From an uncultured Thermoleophilia bacterium (GTDB lineage Bacteria; Actinomycetota; Thermoleophilia; UBA2241), in the NCBI GenBank assembly GCA_963696935.1, contig CAVOMB010000060.1, positions 1,704-65,703 of the forward strand: a stretch of DNA of 64,000 bases, given 5' to 3'. Below are positions 29,483 to 39,386 of this stretch, piece by piece. A model generated the notes under the pieces. That model was not told the origin of the DNA. It ran no database searches and saw only the letters and a program-made list of their open reading frames with translations. The position numbers and the translations under genes are program-made. The stretch's first letter is position 1. The number at the start of each line of letters is the position of its first letter.

Positions 29483-30670
29483 CTACTTCGTCTTCTGCCG
29501 ACGGTCGATGTAGCGCAGCGCCGCCTGCAGCTGCTCGTCGGCCTTGGATTTGGGGTTGTCCTTGACCACGATGTCCGGGGTGATGCCCTTCTTGTTGATG
29601 TTGGTGCCGTTGGGCGTGAGGTACACGGCGGTGGTGAGCTTGAGGGCGGCCCCGTTGCCGAGGTTGATGATGGTCTGGACGAGGCCCTTGCCGAACGTGG
29701 TGGTACCGATGATCTCGGCGCGCTTGTGGTCCTTGAGCGCGCCGGTGGTGATCTCGGAGGCGCTGGCGGAGAAGCCGTTGACCAGCACGACCATGGGCTT
29801 CTTGGTGGCCACGGGGCCCGTGGCGTCGAGTACTTCCTTGGGCGAGTGCAGGCCGGCGGTGGAGGTGACGAGCCCCTGCTGGAAGACGTTGGTGACGTCC
29901 ACGGCCTGGGTGAGCAGCCCGCCGCCGTTGTAGCGCAGGTCGAAGACGAACCACTGCGCGCCCTTCTTGGTCAGCTCGTCGACGGCCTTGCGCACATCGC
30001 GGCCGGCGAGGCCGCCGAACTCGAAAAGCTGCACATAGCCGACCTTGACGCCCTTGTCGTTGATGATCTTGCTGCTGGTCTCGGGGATCTCGATGCTCTT
30101 GCGCACGATCTTGTAGGTCTTGGCCGGCTGCTTCTTGTCCTTGGGCTGCACGGTGAGCGTGACGGTGCTGCCCTCCGCGCCCTTGATGCGGGTGATGCTG
30201 GTCTCGATGGACGTGCCCTTGGTGTCCTTGCCGTCCACCGTGAGGATGGCATCGCCGGGAGCGAGGCCTGCGGCCTTGGCCGGCGACCCCTTGAACACGC
30301 CGGTGATGACGAGGCCGTCCTTGGTCTTCTGCAGCGAGGCGCCGATGCCCGAGTACGAGCCCTTCTCCTTCTCCGCGAAGTCCTGGACTTCTCGGGGCGT
30401 GAGATAGACCGTGTACGGGTCCTTGAGGGACTTGAGCATGCCGTTGACGCCGGCGGTGGAGAGCCTGTCGACGCTCACCGGCTTGTAGTAGCGGGTCTGC
30501 AGCTCCTCGATGATCTTCTGCTGGAGCTTGCCGGCGTCCTTGGCCGACGAGGCCTCGGTCGGCGTGAGGCGCACCGTGTTCTCGCCGTGCAGGTACCAGC
30601 CGACGAAGTAGCCGCCGAGGAACCCCAAGGAGACGAGAAGGACGACGATGACGGTGCGGAGGATGCGCAT
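29483..30670 (-). CDS. ctpA: S41 C-terminal processing peptidase with PDZ domain
   Basis: DLRYNGGGLL, SASASEI, TTFGKGLVQ. Confidence 0.93.
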   Translation of the reverse strand: MRILRTVIVVLLVSLGFLGGYFVGWYLHGENTVRLTPTEASSAKDAGKLQQKIIEELQTRYYKPVSVDRLSTAGVNGMLKSLKDPYTVYLTPREVQDFAEKEKGSYSGIGASLQKTKDGLVITGVFKGSPAKAAGLAPGDAILTVDGKDTKGTSIETSITRIKGAEGSTVTLTVQPKDKKQPAKTYKIVRKSIEIPETSSKIINDKGVKVGYVQLFEFGGLAGRDVRKAVDELTKKGAQWFVFDLRYNGGGLLTQAVDVTNVFQQGLVTSTAGLHSPKEVLDATGPVATKKPMVVLVNGFSASASEITTGALKDHKRAEIIGTTTFGKGLVQTIINLGNGAALKLTTAVYLTPNGTNINKKGITPDIVVKDNPKSKADEQLQAALRYIDRRQKTK

Positions 30671-30743
30671 CAGGTGTAAATGGTAGTCGGTCGCGGGTGG
30701 GGCGGCAAACGGCGCCCGCCGGCCGCGGCGGGCGGGCGCCGGC

Positions 30744-31937
30744 TCAGAGGTAGCCCATGGGGTCGACGGGGTTGCCGTTGACGCGCACCTCGAAGTGCAG
30801 GTGCGGGCCGGTGCTGAACCCCGTCGAGCCCACGTAGCCGACGGTCTGGCCGCGCGCGACGTGGGCGCCGCTGCCCACCGCCAGGCTCGACTGGTGCGCG
30901 CACAGCGTCGACAGGCCATTGCCGTGGTCGACGATGACCACGTTGCCGTAGCCGCCCATCCAGGTGGCGTAGATCACGGTGCCGGCCGCCGCGGAGTGGA
31001 TGGGCGCCCCGTACCCGACGCCGATGTCGATGCCGGTGTGGAACTTCTTGTAGCCGAGGATCGGGTGGATGCGCCAGCCGAACGGCGACGTGACCGGGCC
31101 GCTCACCGGCCAGCTCAGGCTGCCCGAGCCGCTGCCGGTGCTGCCGCCCCCACCGACGACGCCGGTGATCGCCCGGCTCTCGGCGAGCAGCTCGTTCTCC
31201 TGCTTCTCGAGCTCGGCGAGGTCCTGGTTGACGCCCTTGAGCGCGTCCTGCTTCTGCTGGCGCACGGCCAGGGCGGCCGCCTGGCTCGCCGCCTGCGCGG
31301 CGTTGAGGGCGGCGAGCTCATCGCTCTTCTCCTGGAGGACGCGGGCCGCGTCGGCCACCGCGTCCTCCCGCTTGGCGATGGCGTCCTTCTCGGCGTCCAC
31401 CTCGTCGCGCGTCGCCTGCAGGTCGCCGACCAGCGCGTTGTCGCCGCCGAGCAGCTCGTGGATCGTGCCGGCGCGGCTGATGAGGTCCTCGAAGTCCGAG
31501 GACGCCAGCAGCACGTCGAGGTAGTCGAGGTCGTCGCTCTTGTAGCTCAGCACGGCGTGCTTCGCGAAGTTCTCCTGCTCGAGCTTGAGCCTGGCCTGCG
31601 CCTTCTGCAGCTCGAGCTGCTTGAGCCGCAGCTCTTTGTGCAGCAATGCCAGCTTCTCCTGCATCACGGAGAGCCTCTCCTCGACGGCGGCGACCTCGGG
31701 GGCCAGACCGTCGAGCTTCTTCTGGATCGCCGCCAGCCGGCCGTCGAGGTCGCTGATCGCCTCGTTCAGCGACTGCTTCTGCTTCGTGGCGGCATCGATC
31801 TTGGAGCGCGCGTCCTGGAGCTTCTTCTGCAGCTCGGCGGCCGTCTCACCGCGCGCGGCGCCCGCCGCCGCCCCGCCGAACGCAAGCACGGCGGCGGCCA
31901 GAAGGATCAAGACCGTGAGTTTGCGCGGAGAGACCAT
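30744..31937 (-). CDS. EnvC-like coiled-coil + M23 peptidase
   Basis: Signal peptide, long coiled coil, FHTGIDIG, HQSS, GFSTGPHLHFEVR. Confidence 0.92.
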   Translation of the reverse strand: MVSPRKLTVLILLAAAVLAFGGAAAGAARGETAAELQKKLQDARSKIDAATKQKQSLNEAISDLDGRLAAIQKKLDGLAPEVAAVEERLSVMQEKLALLHKELRLKQLELQKAQARLKLEQENFAKHAVLSYKSDDLDYLDVLLASSDFEDLISRAGTIHELLGGDNALVGDLQATRDEVDAEKDAIAKREDAVADAARVLQEKSDELAALNAAQAASQAAALAVRQQKQDALKGVNQDLAELEKQENELLAESRAITGVVGGGGSTGSGSGSLSWPVSGPVTSPFGWRIHPILGYKKFHTGIDIGVGYGAPIHSAAAGTVIYATWMGGYGNVVIVDHGNGLSTLCAHQSSLAVGSGAHVARGQTVGYVGSTGFSTGPHLHFEVRVNGNPVDPMGYL

Positions 31938-32031
31938 GGCAATCAAAAGAGTTCGGCGGCCGGAAGGGGCGTTCCTTGTCCGCCCCTTCCGGCCGCCGAG
32001 TACTCAGGCGCGGGAGCGCCTCAGGTCTTCG

Positions 32032-32952
32032 TCAGGTCTTGAGGTAGCGCCGCAGCGCCACCATGCTGCCCAGGGCGCCGAGGACTGCGCCGAGGACGGC
32101 GAGCGTGGGCATGAGGCCGGCGGGCCAGGACCCGTTCTGCCACCACATGCTGAACACGCGGATGTCCAGGAAGTTGATGTCGCTGGTCTGGAGCCAGTTG
32201 GCGAGCGCCCAGTTGGCGAGCCAGACGAACCCGGCGGCGATGACGGCGCCGATGAGCCCGGTGATGAACCCCTCGAGCACGAACGGCCAGCGGATGAACC
32301 AGTTGGTCGCGCCGACCAGGCGCATGATCTCGACCTCGCGCCGCCGGGCGAAGATGCTGAGGCGCACCGTGGTGCTGATGAGCAGCACGGCGGCGAGCGC
32401 GAAGATACCTGTGGCGACCCACATGGCCATGCCGATCAGGTTGATCGTGCCGAGCATCTTGCGCACGGTCTCGCGTGCGTACTTGACCCCGTTGTGCGTG
32501 CCCGGGTCGTTGTCCACGGCAGGGTTGTCGAAGAACTTGGACGCGACCGCGTCGACCTGGTCGGTGTTCTTGACCTGGACCTCGTAGCTGGCCGGCAGCG
32601 GGTTGATGGGCAGGTTCTGCACGATGCGCGAGCCGAACCGGTCCTCGAAGCGCTTGAGCGCCTCTTCCTTGCTGATGTACTTGTAGCTCTTGACCTGACC
32701 TTGGGACTGCAACTGCTGGATCCTCTGCTCCAGGCCGGCCTTCTGCTCCTCGGTGGCGTCGTCCTTGATGAAGACCTCGATGAGGACCCGGTTCTTGAGG
32801 CTCGTCGCGCCCTGGTTGAGGTTGTCGCGCGTGACGAGCACGGCGCCGAGGATGGCCGTGCTGATGAACACGGTGATGACGGCCGCCATGGCCATCACCC
32901 AGTTGCGGCGCATCGAACCGAGAGCCTCGCCGAGGAAGAAGCCGAGTCTCAC
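32032..32952 (-). CDS. ftsX: Cell division permease FtsX
   Basis: RRNWVMA, NPLPASYEV, RREVEIMRLVGATNWFIRWPF. Confidence 0.95.
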   Translation of the reverse strand: MRLGFFLGEALGSMRRNWVMAMAAVITVFISTAILGAVLVTRDNLNQGATSLKNRVLIEVFIKDDATEEQKAGLEQRIQQLQSQGQVKSYKYISKEEALKRFEDRFGSRIVQNLPINPLPASYEVQVKNTDQVDAVASKFFDNPAVDNDPGTHNGVKYARETVRKMLGTINLIGMAMWVATGIFALAAVLLISTTVRLSIFARRREVEIMRLVGATNWFIRWPFVLEGFITGLIGAVIAAGFVWLANWALANWLQTSDINFLDIRVFSMWWQNGSWPAGLMPTLAVLGAVLGALGSMVALRRYLKT

Positions 32953-33662
32953 GTGAGCACCTCCTGCCCCTCCACGTCGGTCACCTGATCGTAGCCGCCG
33001 CGACGCTCGTCGCGCACGAGCCTGCCGGCGTCGAGCTGAAGGACGCGGCGGCGCATGCGGTTCACCATGTCGCGGTCGTGTGTGGCGATCACGACGGTGG
33101 TGCCGGTGCGGTTGATGCGCACGAGCAACTGCATGATGCCGACCGCCGTCTCGGGGTCGATGTTGCCCGTGGGCTCGTCGGCCAGGAGCAGCGGCGGATG
33201 GTTGACGAACGCGCGCGCCACGCTGACGCGCTGCTGCTCGCCGCCGCTGATCTCGTGCGGGTAGCTGTTGGTCTTGTCGCTGAGACCCACAAGGCTGAGG
33301 ATCTCCGGCACCTTGCGGCGGATGCTGCGCCGCGGCTCGCCCACTACCTCGAGAGCGTAGGCCACGTTGTCGTACACCGTCTTGTTGGGCAGGAGCTTGA
33401 AGTCCTGGAACACACAGCCGATGTTGCGCCGCAGCAGCGGCACCTTGCTGTGCCGCAGGGTGCCGAGGTTGCGACCGGCCACGAGGATGCGCCCCGTCTC
33501 CGGGACGAGCTCCTTGAGAACCAGCTTGATGAGCGTGGATTTACCCGAGCCGGAAGCGCCGACCAGGAACACGAACTCGCCCTTGCCTATGTGACAGGTG
33601 AAGTTCTGGAGGCCGACCACGCCCGGGTCGTAGGTCTTGGTGACGTCTTCGAAGACGATCAT
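32949..33662 (-). CDS. ftsE: Cell division ATP-binding protein FtsE
   Basis: [36 protein letters not shown]. Confidence 0.96.
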   Translation of the reverse strand: MIVFEDVTKTYDPGVVGLQNFTCHIGKGEFVFLVGASGSGKSTLIKLVLKELVPETGRILVAGRNLGTLRHSKVPLLRRNIGCVFQDFKLLPNKTVYDNVAYALEVVGEPRRSIRRKVPEILSLVGLSDKTNSYPHEISGGEQQRVSVARAFVNHPPLLLADEPTGNIDPETAVGIMQLLVRINRTGTTVVIATHDRDMVNRMRRRVLQLDAGRLVRDERRGGYDQVTDVEGQEVLT

Positions 33663-33929
33663 GGGACAGGCTCTCCCTTGTCAGCCGTCAAGGCCAAGCC
33701 ACGAGTATGAGGGTTCGCTTTGGTCTGCTCAACCCGATCCCCCCTGTCGTCACCCGCGCCTTCCGCCGTGCCCGCCCAACGAACTGGGGTCGCCGTTTGA
33801 GCTGAGAAGGACCAGCGGAGCGAGCCAAGGAGCACTGGGATGGCCGGCGACCCCAGCCAAGGGTTCGCCGCGCGGCGAGGCGTTCCTGCCGGGTGTCCGG
33901 CACGCGCGAGTCCGGAGGGATCGGGGCAA

Positions 33930-34088
33930 AGAAAAGGGGGCCAACCGGGGGGTAAGCAAAGCCTGGCGAGTCAATGCTAAGAGGGGAGGTTGGCCCCGTG
34001 GGAGACTGTACGCCGCTCAACGCCGTCTGTCACCCGGGTTGTTCGTCCAGATGAAGGGTTGGCCCGCAGCGTACCAGGCGACCCCCCC
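33930..34088 (-). ncRNA. Putative 6S (SsrS)-like RNA
   Basis: Rod-like fold: GGGGGG/CCCCCC and GCCTGG/CCAGGC closing stems, large central bubble, apical GTG/CAC and AGAC/GTCT stems, then a U-tract. Confidence 0.45.
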
Positions 34089-34098
34089 GGGGGGGCCT

Positions 34099-34512
34099 TC
34101 ACCCGAGTGACTCGGCGAGCTCCTTGAAGGCCAGCAGATCGTCGTGCACACGCGCCTGCAGGCAGGCCCGCAGGCCCTCCTCCTCCACGCCCCACGGGCC
34201 CGGCTCGTACTCGAGCTGGTAGTGCACCTGCGTGGAGCCGGCCTCCCACTTCTCGAACGTCACCTCGCCGGTCTCGCGCCCGTCGCGAGCCCGCCAGCGC
34301 ACGCGCGTGTCTTGCACGTGTTCCACGACGTCGGCCTCCCACGCCTCGGTGCGCCCGCATACGCGCCCGGTCCAGCGGAGGCGGCAGTAGCCGGTCACGG
34401 CCACGTCGTCGATGCTCTGCATGAACCGCGGGTACCGCTCGTAGTCGAGCCAGAGCGAGTAGGTGGCCTCGATGTCGGCAGCCACCTCGATGGACTCGTC
34501 AACGAACCCCAT
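34099..34512 (-). CDS. SRPBCC/polyketide cyclase-like protein
   Basis: ESIEVAADIEATYSLWLDYERYPRFMQ, RVRWRA, GEVTF, DDLLAFKELAE. Confidence 0.85.
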   Translation of the reverse strand: MGFVDESIEVAADIEATYSLWLDYERYPRFMQSIDDVAVTGYCRLRWTGRVCGRTEAWEADVVEHVQDTRVRWRARDGRETGEVTFEKWEAGSTQVHYQLEYEPGPWGVEEEGLRACLQARVHDDLLAFKELAESLG

Positions 34513-34828
34513 GTCCGCCCCCCCTGTGTGCGGCCGGCCAACACCGCCGGCACTCCGTGGTGTACCCGGGGCCCCGGCGCGGCAGTCGCCGTGGAAGGCG
34601 CCGGCGGGCGGAACTCATTCGCCGACCCCCTGTTCCCTGCGCGACTCTCGCGCGCTCCCTGCTGGGAGGGTCGACAGTCAGGCCGTACGCTCGATGGAGT
34701 ACGTTGCCCGGAACGTCCCGGGCAGATGCACCAACCAACCCAGGACTCAGGCTCGAAACGGGCTCGAGAGGTCGCCCGGGGCGGCTACACAAGGGGCCGC
34801 GGAGCGCTGCTCCGGGCCCCGGCGGGGC

Positions 34829-35338
34829 TCACCAGCGCTCGTACCTGACGAGCTCCTCGAGCGGCCGGCGCGACGTCACCGCCGAGCCCTTGTCGGGGTA
34901 GCCGAGGGGCGTCAGCGCCACGAGCTCGACGTCGCCGGGCAGGCCGAAGACCTCGCGCGCGGCGTCGGGGTCGAAGGCGGCGATCCAGCAGGTGCCGAGG
35001 CCCAGCGCCGTCGCCGCGAGGACAAGGTGGTCCATGGCGATGGTGGCGTCGACCTCGTCGTAGGGCTTGTCGTCCATGCGCCTCCAGGCCTCGCCGGGCA
35101 CGGCGACGAAGGCGACCACGAGCGGGGCCTGCAAGAGCCACCGGCGGCCGTACACGCGCGCCAGCTCCTCCTCGCGCCCGGCCGTGTGCACCACCAGCAT
35201 GCGGAACGCCTGGCGGTTCGCGGCTGTGGGAGCCTGCCGTGCGGCCTCGAGGACCTGCTGCAGCTTCTCGTCCTCGACGGCGTCCTGCGTGTACCCGCGC
35301 ACGCTGTAGCGCTTGTCGATGGCCTCGAACACGTCCAT
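34829..35338 (-). CDS. Nitroreductase family protein
   Basis: AIDKRYSVRGY, APTAANRQ, AATALGLGTCWI, PLGYP. Confidence 0.93.
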   Translation of the reverse strand: MDVFEAIDKRYSVRGYTQDAVEDEKLQQVLEAARQAPTAANRQAFRMLVVHTAGREEELARVYGRRWLLQAPLVVAFVAVPGEAWRRMDDKPYDEVDATIAMDHLVLAATALGLGTCWIAAFDPDAAREVFGLPGDVELVALTPLGYPDKGSAVTSRRPLEELVRYERW

Positions 35339-35432
35339 GCCGCTCTCCTCCCGCCGTTTCCCGGCCGCAAGCCTACCACGAGGTCGAGCGGCGGTAGGAT
35401 GGCACGGCAGGACCGGCGGAAGGACCCACCCC

Positions 35433-36190
35433 GTGTCGCGCAAAGGCCGGCTGCCGTTCATCTCGCTGTGCGTGATCTGGGGCATCCCGTACCTGTTCAT
35501 CCGCGTCGCGGTGCGCGAGCTGCCCCCGCCGGCGCTGGTCTTTTTGCGCACGGCACCGGCGGCGCTCCTGCTCCTGCCCTTCGCGTCTACACGGCCGTCG
35601 AGGTGTGCATCCCCTGGCTTCTGCTGGCCCACGCGGAGCTGCGCATCTCCAGCTCGCTCGCCGGCCTGCTCATTGCGACGGTTCCGCTCATCGGCGCAGC
35701 CGCCTATCGCTTCCTGGGCGTCGCCGATCACTTCGACGCACGCCGGCTCACCGGTCTCTTCATCGGGTTCGCCGGCGTCGCCGCGCTGGGCGGGCTCGAT
35801 CTCTCGCGCAGCGACGCGCTCGGCATCGTCGAGACTGTCGACGTCGCCTTCTGCTACGCGATGGGCCCCGCGGTCCATCAGCCGCCGCCTCTCACACCTG
35901 CCGGCGATCGGCGTGTTCTGGGCGTCGCTGGTGGCGACCACGGCGCTGTATGCGACGCCCGGCCTCCTGACCATGCCGGCGTCGCTTTCGGCCGAGACCA
36001 TCGGGTCGGTGGCCGTGCTCTCGGTGGTCTGCAGCACCGTGGTCGCGTTTCTGCTGTCTTCGCACTGATCCGCGAGGTCGGGCCGTCGCGGACCACCGTC
36101 ATCACCTACGTCAATCCGCTGGTCGCGGTGCTGCTGGGCATCGTCCTGCTGAGCAAGCCCACCCCTACGCGCCCTGAGGCACCTCAGTCG
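35433..36190 (+). pseudogene. EamA/DMT transporter with frameshifts and deletions
   Basis: LCVIWGIPYLFIRVAV, SSSLAGLLIATVPL and TTVITYVNPLVAVLLG fall in different frames. Confidence 0.8.
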
Positions 36191-37029
36191 TGCGCGGCGA
36201 CCCAGTCCCGCGTCTGCTCCACCTGGTTGAAGGTGAAGAGGTGGACGCCGCGGAGGCCGAGGGCCGGGTCCGCGGCGTACTCCGCCACTTCCTCGGCCAG
36301 CGGCGTCGGGTCGTAGCGGCGCGCGCGCGCCAGCGTCACGATCTGACGGCCGTGCTTGCGCAGGTAGCGGAGCGACGCACCGACGCCCGACTTGAGCGAG
36401 ATCTCTGCCAGCTTGCGACGCTCGACCACGCCGGGCAGGCCGACGGAGACGGGCAGGTGCACACCGGCGGCCCGCATGCCGGCCGTCCACTCGGCCAGGG
36501 CGCGGGCGTCGAAGCAGAGCTGCGTGACCACCTGGCTGGCGAAGGGCTGCTTGCGCAGCAGCGCCTCGAGCAACTGCGCGTCGGTCGCCAGAGGGTGGCC
36601 CTCCGGGTACCCGCCGACGCCGATGCGCGCGAACGGGTGCGAGATCCCGGCCAACTCCTCCAGCAGGTCGCCGGCGTCGGCGTAGCCGCCCGCCGGGGGG
36701 TCGGCGTCGCCGCCGATCACAAAGACCTCGCGGATGCTCGTGCCCTCCACCTGCTGCACGAGCCGCTCGAGGTGCCCGCGGCTGGTGACCATGCGCGCGG
36801 CGAGATGAGGGACGACCTTGAAGCCGCGCGCTGCGAGAGCCGTGCTGACGTCGAACGTCCGGTCGATGCCCAGTTTGGGCGACGCGGTCACGGTGACCGT
36901 GGCGCCGTAGGGCAGCGCGGCCACCTTCCGCTCGATCCCCTGCACGGGGATGACTTCGTAGCGCGGGTCCTGCAGCAGCAGCGACAGGGCCGACTGGTCG
37001 GCGAAGGCGGGCGCACCACCACGGCTCAT
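36184..37029 (-). CDS. metF: Methylenetetrahydrofolate reductase-like protein
   Basis: VPHLAAR, FVIGGD, GVGGYPEGHP, LLRK, VVTQLCFD, HLFTFN. Confidence 0.8.
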   Translation of the reverse strand: MSRGGAPAFADQSALSLLLQDPRYEVIPVQGIERKVAALPYGATVTVTASPKLGIDRTFDVSTALAARGFKVVPHLAARMVTSRGHLERLVQQVEGTSIREVFVIGGDADPPAGGYADAGDLLEELAGISHPFARIGVGGYPEGHPLATDAQLLEALLRKQPFASQVVTQLCFDARALAEWTAGMRAAGVHLPVSVGLPGVVERRKLAEISLKSGVGASLRYLRKHGRQIVTLARARRYDPTPLAEEVAEYAADPALGLRGVHLFTFNQVEQTRDWVAAHD

Positions 37030-37319
37030 GGATCACCTCTCACGGAGAAAGTGGACGCAACCAGTCCTCTTATACCCGTGCACCCTTCCGACACACCGGC
37101 GGGAGCGGCTGAAAAGTGATCCCGCAGTGCGGCATCGCCGGCGTCACAGTGTCGCTCGAGGTCAGCGACAGATGTGGCGCCATCTTCGGTGCCATCTCTG
37201 GCGCTGACCCCCCAGAGGACATACCTCCCCGCCCTCCGGCGGAGCCGCGCGGGAAGCGGACGGCCGAGCACGGCCCCGGCGCCGCCCGGCAGCCCGGCCG
37301 CCCGCGTGGTGCTCAGGCG

Positions 37320-37652
37320 CTAGTGACGACAGATCACCTCATCGCAGCGGCGCGACACGAAGTCGCGGAACTTGCTCATGTCCTGATCCAGCTCGCGCTG
37401 GGCCCTGTCGATGGCGCCACGGTCGCCGGTCGTATTGAACTCCAGCTCGACGTGCACGCGGGACCGGTTGGTCCCCAGGTCCGCGAAGTAGACCTTGCCG
37501 TCGTCGGCGTCCAGGTCGGCCAGCGACGAACGCAGGTCGTCGTACCCCTCGGGAAAACGGTCGTACACGGAACGGCCGACGAACTCGCGCCACTCCTCGT
37601 CGGCGAACGAGACCGGGACGTCGGCCTCGATGGATGCGGTCAGCACTGCCAT
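37320..37652 (-). CDS. Hypothetical protein (SRPBCC-like fold possible)
   Basis: GGAGG RBS; SIEADVPVSFADEEW..RVHVELEF..ELDQDMSKFRDF. Confidence 0.6.
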   Translation of the reverse strand: MAVLTASIEADVPVSFADEEWREFVGRSVYDRFPEGYDDLRSSLADLDADDGKVYFADLGTNRSRVHVELEFNTTGDRGAIDRAQRELDQDMSKFRDFVSRRCDEVICRH

Positions 37653-37808
37653 GTTCGGAATCTCTCCTCCGTCGTGTCCGGAACCTCTGCGGCGGGTCCG
37701 GCTACCGGGGGTGTTCCCACAATACCGGGGCACATCACTCCGATTTACGTCGCGGCATGACGGCGTGCGCTAGGATGGCGAGCGCCCCGGCCCCGAGAAG
37801 GACGACGC

Positions 37809-38561
37809 ATGGACGACGAACTGCTGCAGCCGCTGCCCGGCATCACGGTGAGCATCGGACCGCGCGCGGTCCGGGTCTCGAGCCGTGAGCCGCTGGCAGT
37901 GCTCAGCTCGGCCGTCGCCGGCGGCGGCTACGGGCACGCGCGCGAGATCCTCAACGTGCACGTGGACGACAAGTACGACGGCGAGCGCCCGGAGGAGGAC
38001 CTCGCCGCGGTGGCCGCGGAGCTCGGCGCGGAGGCGCCGTTCGTGGGGCTCATGACGGCGGCGTACACGCAGTTCGCACGCTGCGCCGTGGAGACGCTCG
38101 GCGACCTCAAGGTCGCGGCGGTGGTCTCCATCGGGCTCAGCAACACCACCTCGGCGGGCGTGACGCCGCCCATCGGTGCAGATGCGGCCGGCGAGGCCGG
38201 CTCGGAAGCCGGAGCCGCGGACCCCCGGCCCGTCGCGACGCCCGGACCCGGCACCATCAACGTCATCCTGCTGGTGGACGGCTCCCTGACGCCGGCGGCC
38301 ATGGTGAACGCCGTGATCACGGCGACAGAGGCGAAGACGATGACGCTCGGCGCCTGGGATGTGACGACGCCGGAGGGAGACGCGGCGAGCGGCACGTCCA
38401 CGGACACCGTGGTCGTGGCCTGCACCGGCCGCGGCGAGGAGCTGTGGTACGCGGGCCCGGCCACTCCGGTGGGGTGGCTGGCGGCCCGCGCCGTGCGCGC
38501 TGCGATGAGCCGTATCTGCGAGGAGAAGATCGCCCGCGACGGCGGCCGCGACGGGTGGTGA
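37809..38561 (+). CDS. cbiZ: Adenosylcobinamide amidohydrolase
   Basis: LSSAVAGGG, GLMTAA, GTINVIL, AMVNAVITATEAK, ASGTSTDT, YAGPAT. Confidence 0.85.
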   Translation: MDDELLQPLPGITVSIGPRAVRVSSREPLAVLSSAVAGGGYGHAREILNVHVDDKYDGERPEEDLAAVAAELGAEAPFVGLMTAAYTQFARCAVETLGDLKVAAVVSIGLSNTTSAGVTPPIGADAAGEAGSEAGAADPRPVATPGPGTINVILLVDGSLTPAAMVNAVITATEAKTMTLGAWDVTTPEGDAASGTSTDTVVVACTGRGEELWYAGPATPVGWLAARAVRAAMSRICEEKIARDGGRDGW

Positions 38562-38591
38562 GGCCGCGGCCGCCGCGTCGGACGACGCGGC

Positions 38592-38909
38592 TCACGCGTT
38601 CAGGACCTCGTCGATCCAGCCCATGCCGGCGATGGCCGCCGGGAAGCCGCAGGTCGTGATGGCGAGCACTCCGACCTGCCGGACAGTCTCCGGCGTCGCC
38701 CCGGCCGCCAGCGCCTTGCGGGCGTTGGACTTGACCGAACCCTCGGCGCCGGCGCCGATGGCGAGCCCGAGCTTGACCAGCCGGGCGCACTTCTCGTCCA
38801 GCGGGCCGACACCGTCCACGGCCTCGCCGAGGCCGTCGAGCGCCGACGCCACAGCCGGGTAGTTCTCGCGAAAGCCCAGATACACGTCGGGAAGATGGTC
38901 GTCCGTCAT
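38592..38909 (-). CDS. Carboxymuconolactone decarboxylase/AhpD family protein
   Basis: PLDEKCARLVKLGLAIG, ALAAGAT, TTCGFPAA. Confidence 0.88.
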   Translation of the reverse strand: MTDDHLPDVYLGFRENYPAVASALDGLGEAVDGVGPLDEKCARLVKLGLAIGAGAEGSVKSNARKALAAGATPETVRQVGVLAITTCGFPAAIAGMGWIDEVLNA

Positions 38910-39008
38910 GCGGTGTCCTCCTTGCGTAGTCGCGGCGCGGCCGAGCGCCGCTCAGGTTACCGGCCCATAGTACGGGAGTAACGGCGGCGGGACGGCGTTT
39001 CGCCGCCG

Positions 39009-39296
39009 TCAGCGCGGCGATTGGAGCGCCAGGTCGAGCACCGTGACGCGCGGCGTGGTGACGCCGCCGTCGGCCCAGTCCAAGGCCTCCTCGAGCTCGA
39101 GCGACCCGGCGAAGTCGCGCGCGTCCTCCACGGTGTCCCACTCGAGCACGACGATGACGTTGCCGGGGTCGTCGGCGACGCGGTACACGACCCCGCCTCT
39201 GGAGCCGAGCTCCTCGCGGCGCACGGCGTCGTCCAGGAAGACCTGCTTGAACTTCTCGAAGTCACCGACGCGGTGCTCGATGAGGACGAAGGCCAT
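39009..39296 (-). CDS. Small ABM/cyclase-like dimeric barrel protein
   Basis: VLIEHRVGDFEKFKQVF..VYRVADDPGNVIVVLEWDT..ARDF. Confidence 0.75.
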   Translation of the reverse strand: MAFVLIEHRVGDFEKFKQVFLDDAVRREELGSRGGVVYRVADDPGNVIVVLEWDTVEDARDFAGSLELEEALDWADGGVTTPRVTVLDLALQSPR

Positions 39297-39386
39297 ACGA
39301 GCCCCTTTCATCGTGTGCGCGAGAGTGTACGCCCGAAGCGGTGCTTTTCAAGGTGCCCATCGTGGCGCGGGCCGCGCACACCGCCG

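Noticed and set aside
33670-34095. RNase P RNA, SRP RNA, T-box or ydaO riboswitch
   Set aside because: Lacks GAGGAAAGTCC, the SRP GGAA loop, the T-box TGGNACC antiterminator and the ydaO core motifs.
37150-37215. Glycine or SAM riboswitch upstream of metF
   Set aside because: Only a CACCGAAGA-like match inside a simple hairpin; the CTCAGG/GGAGA and SAM core elements are absent.
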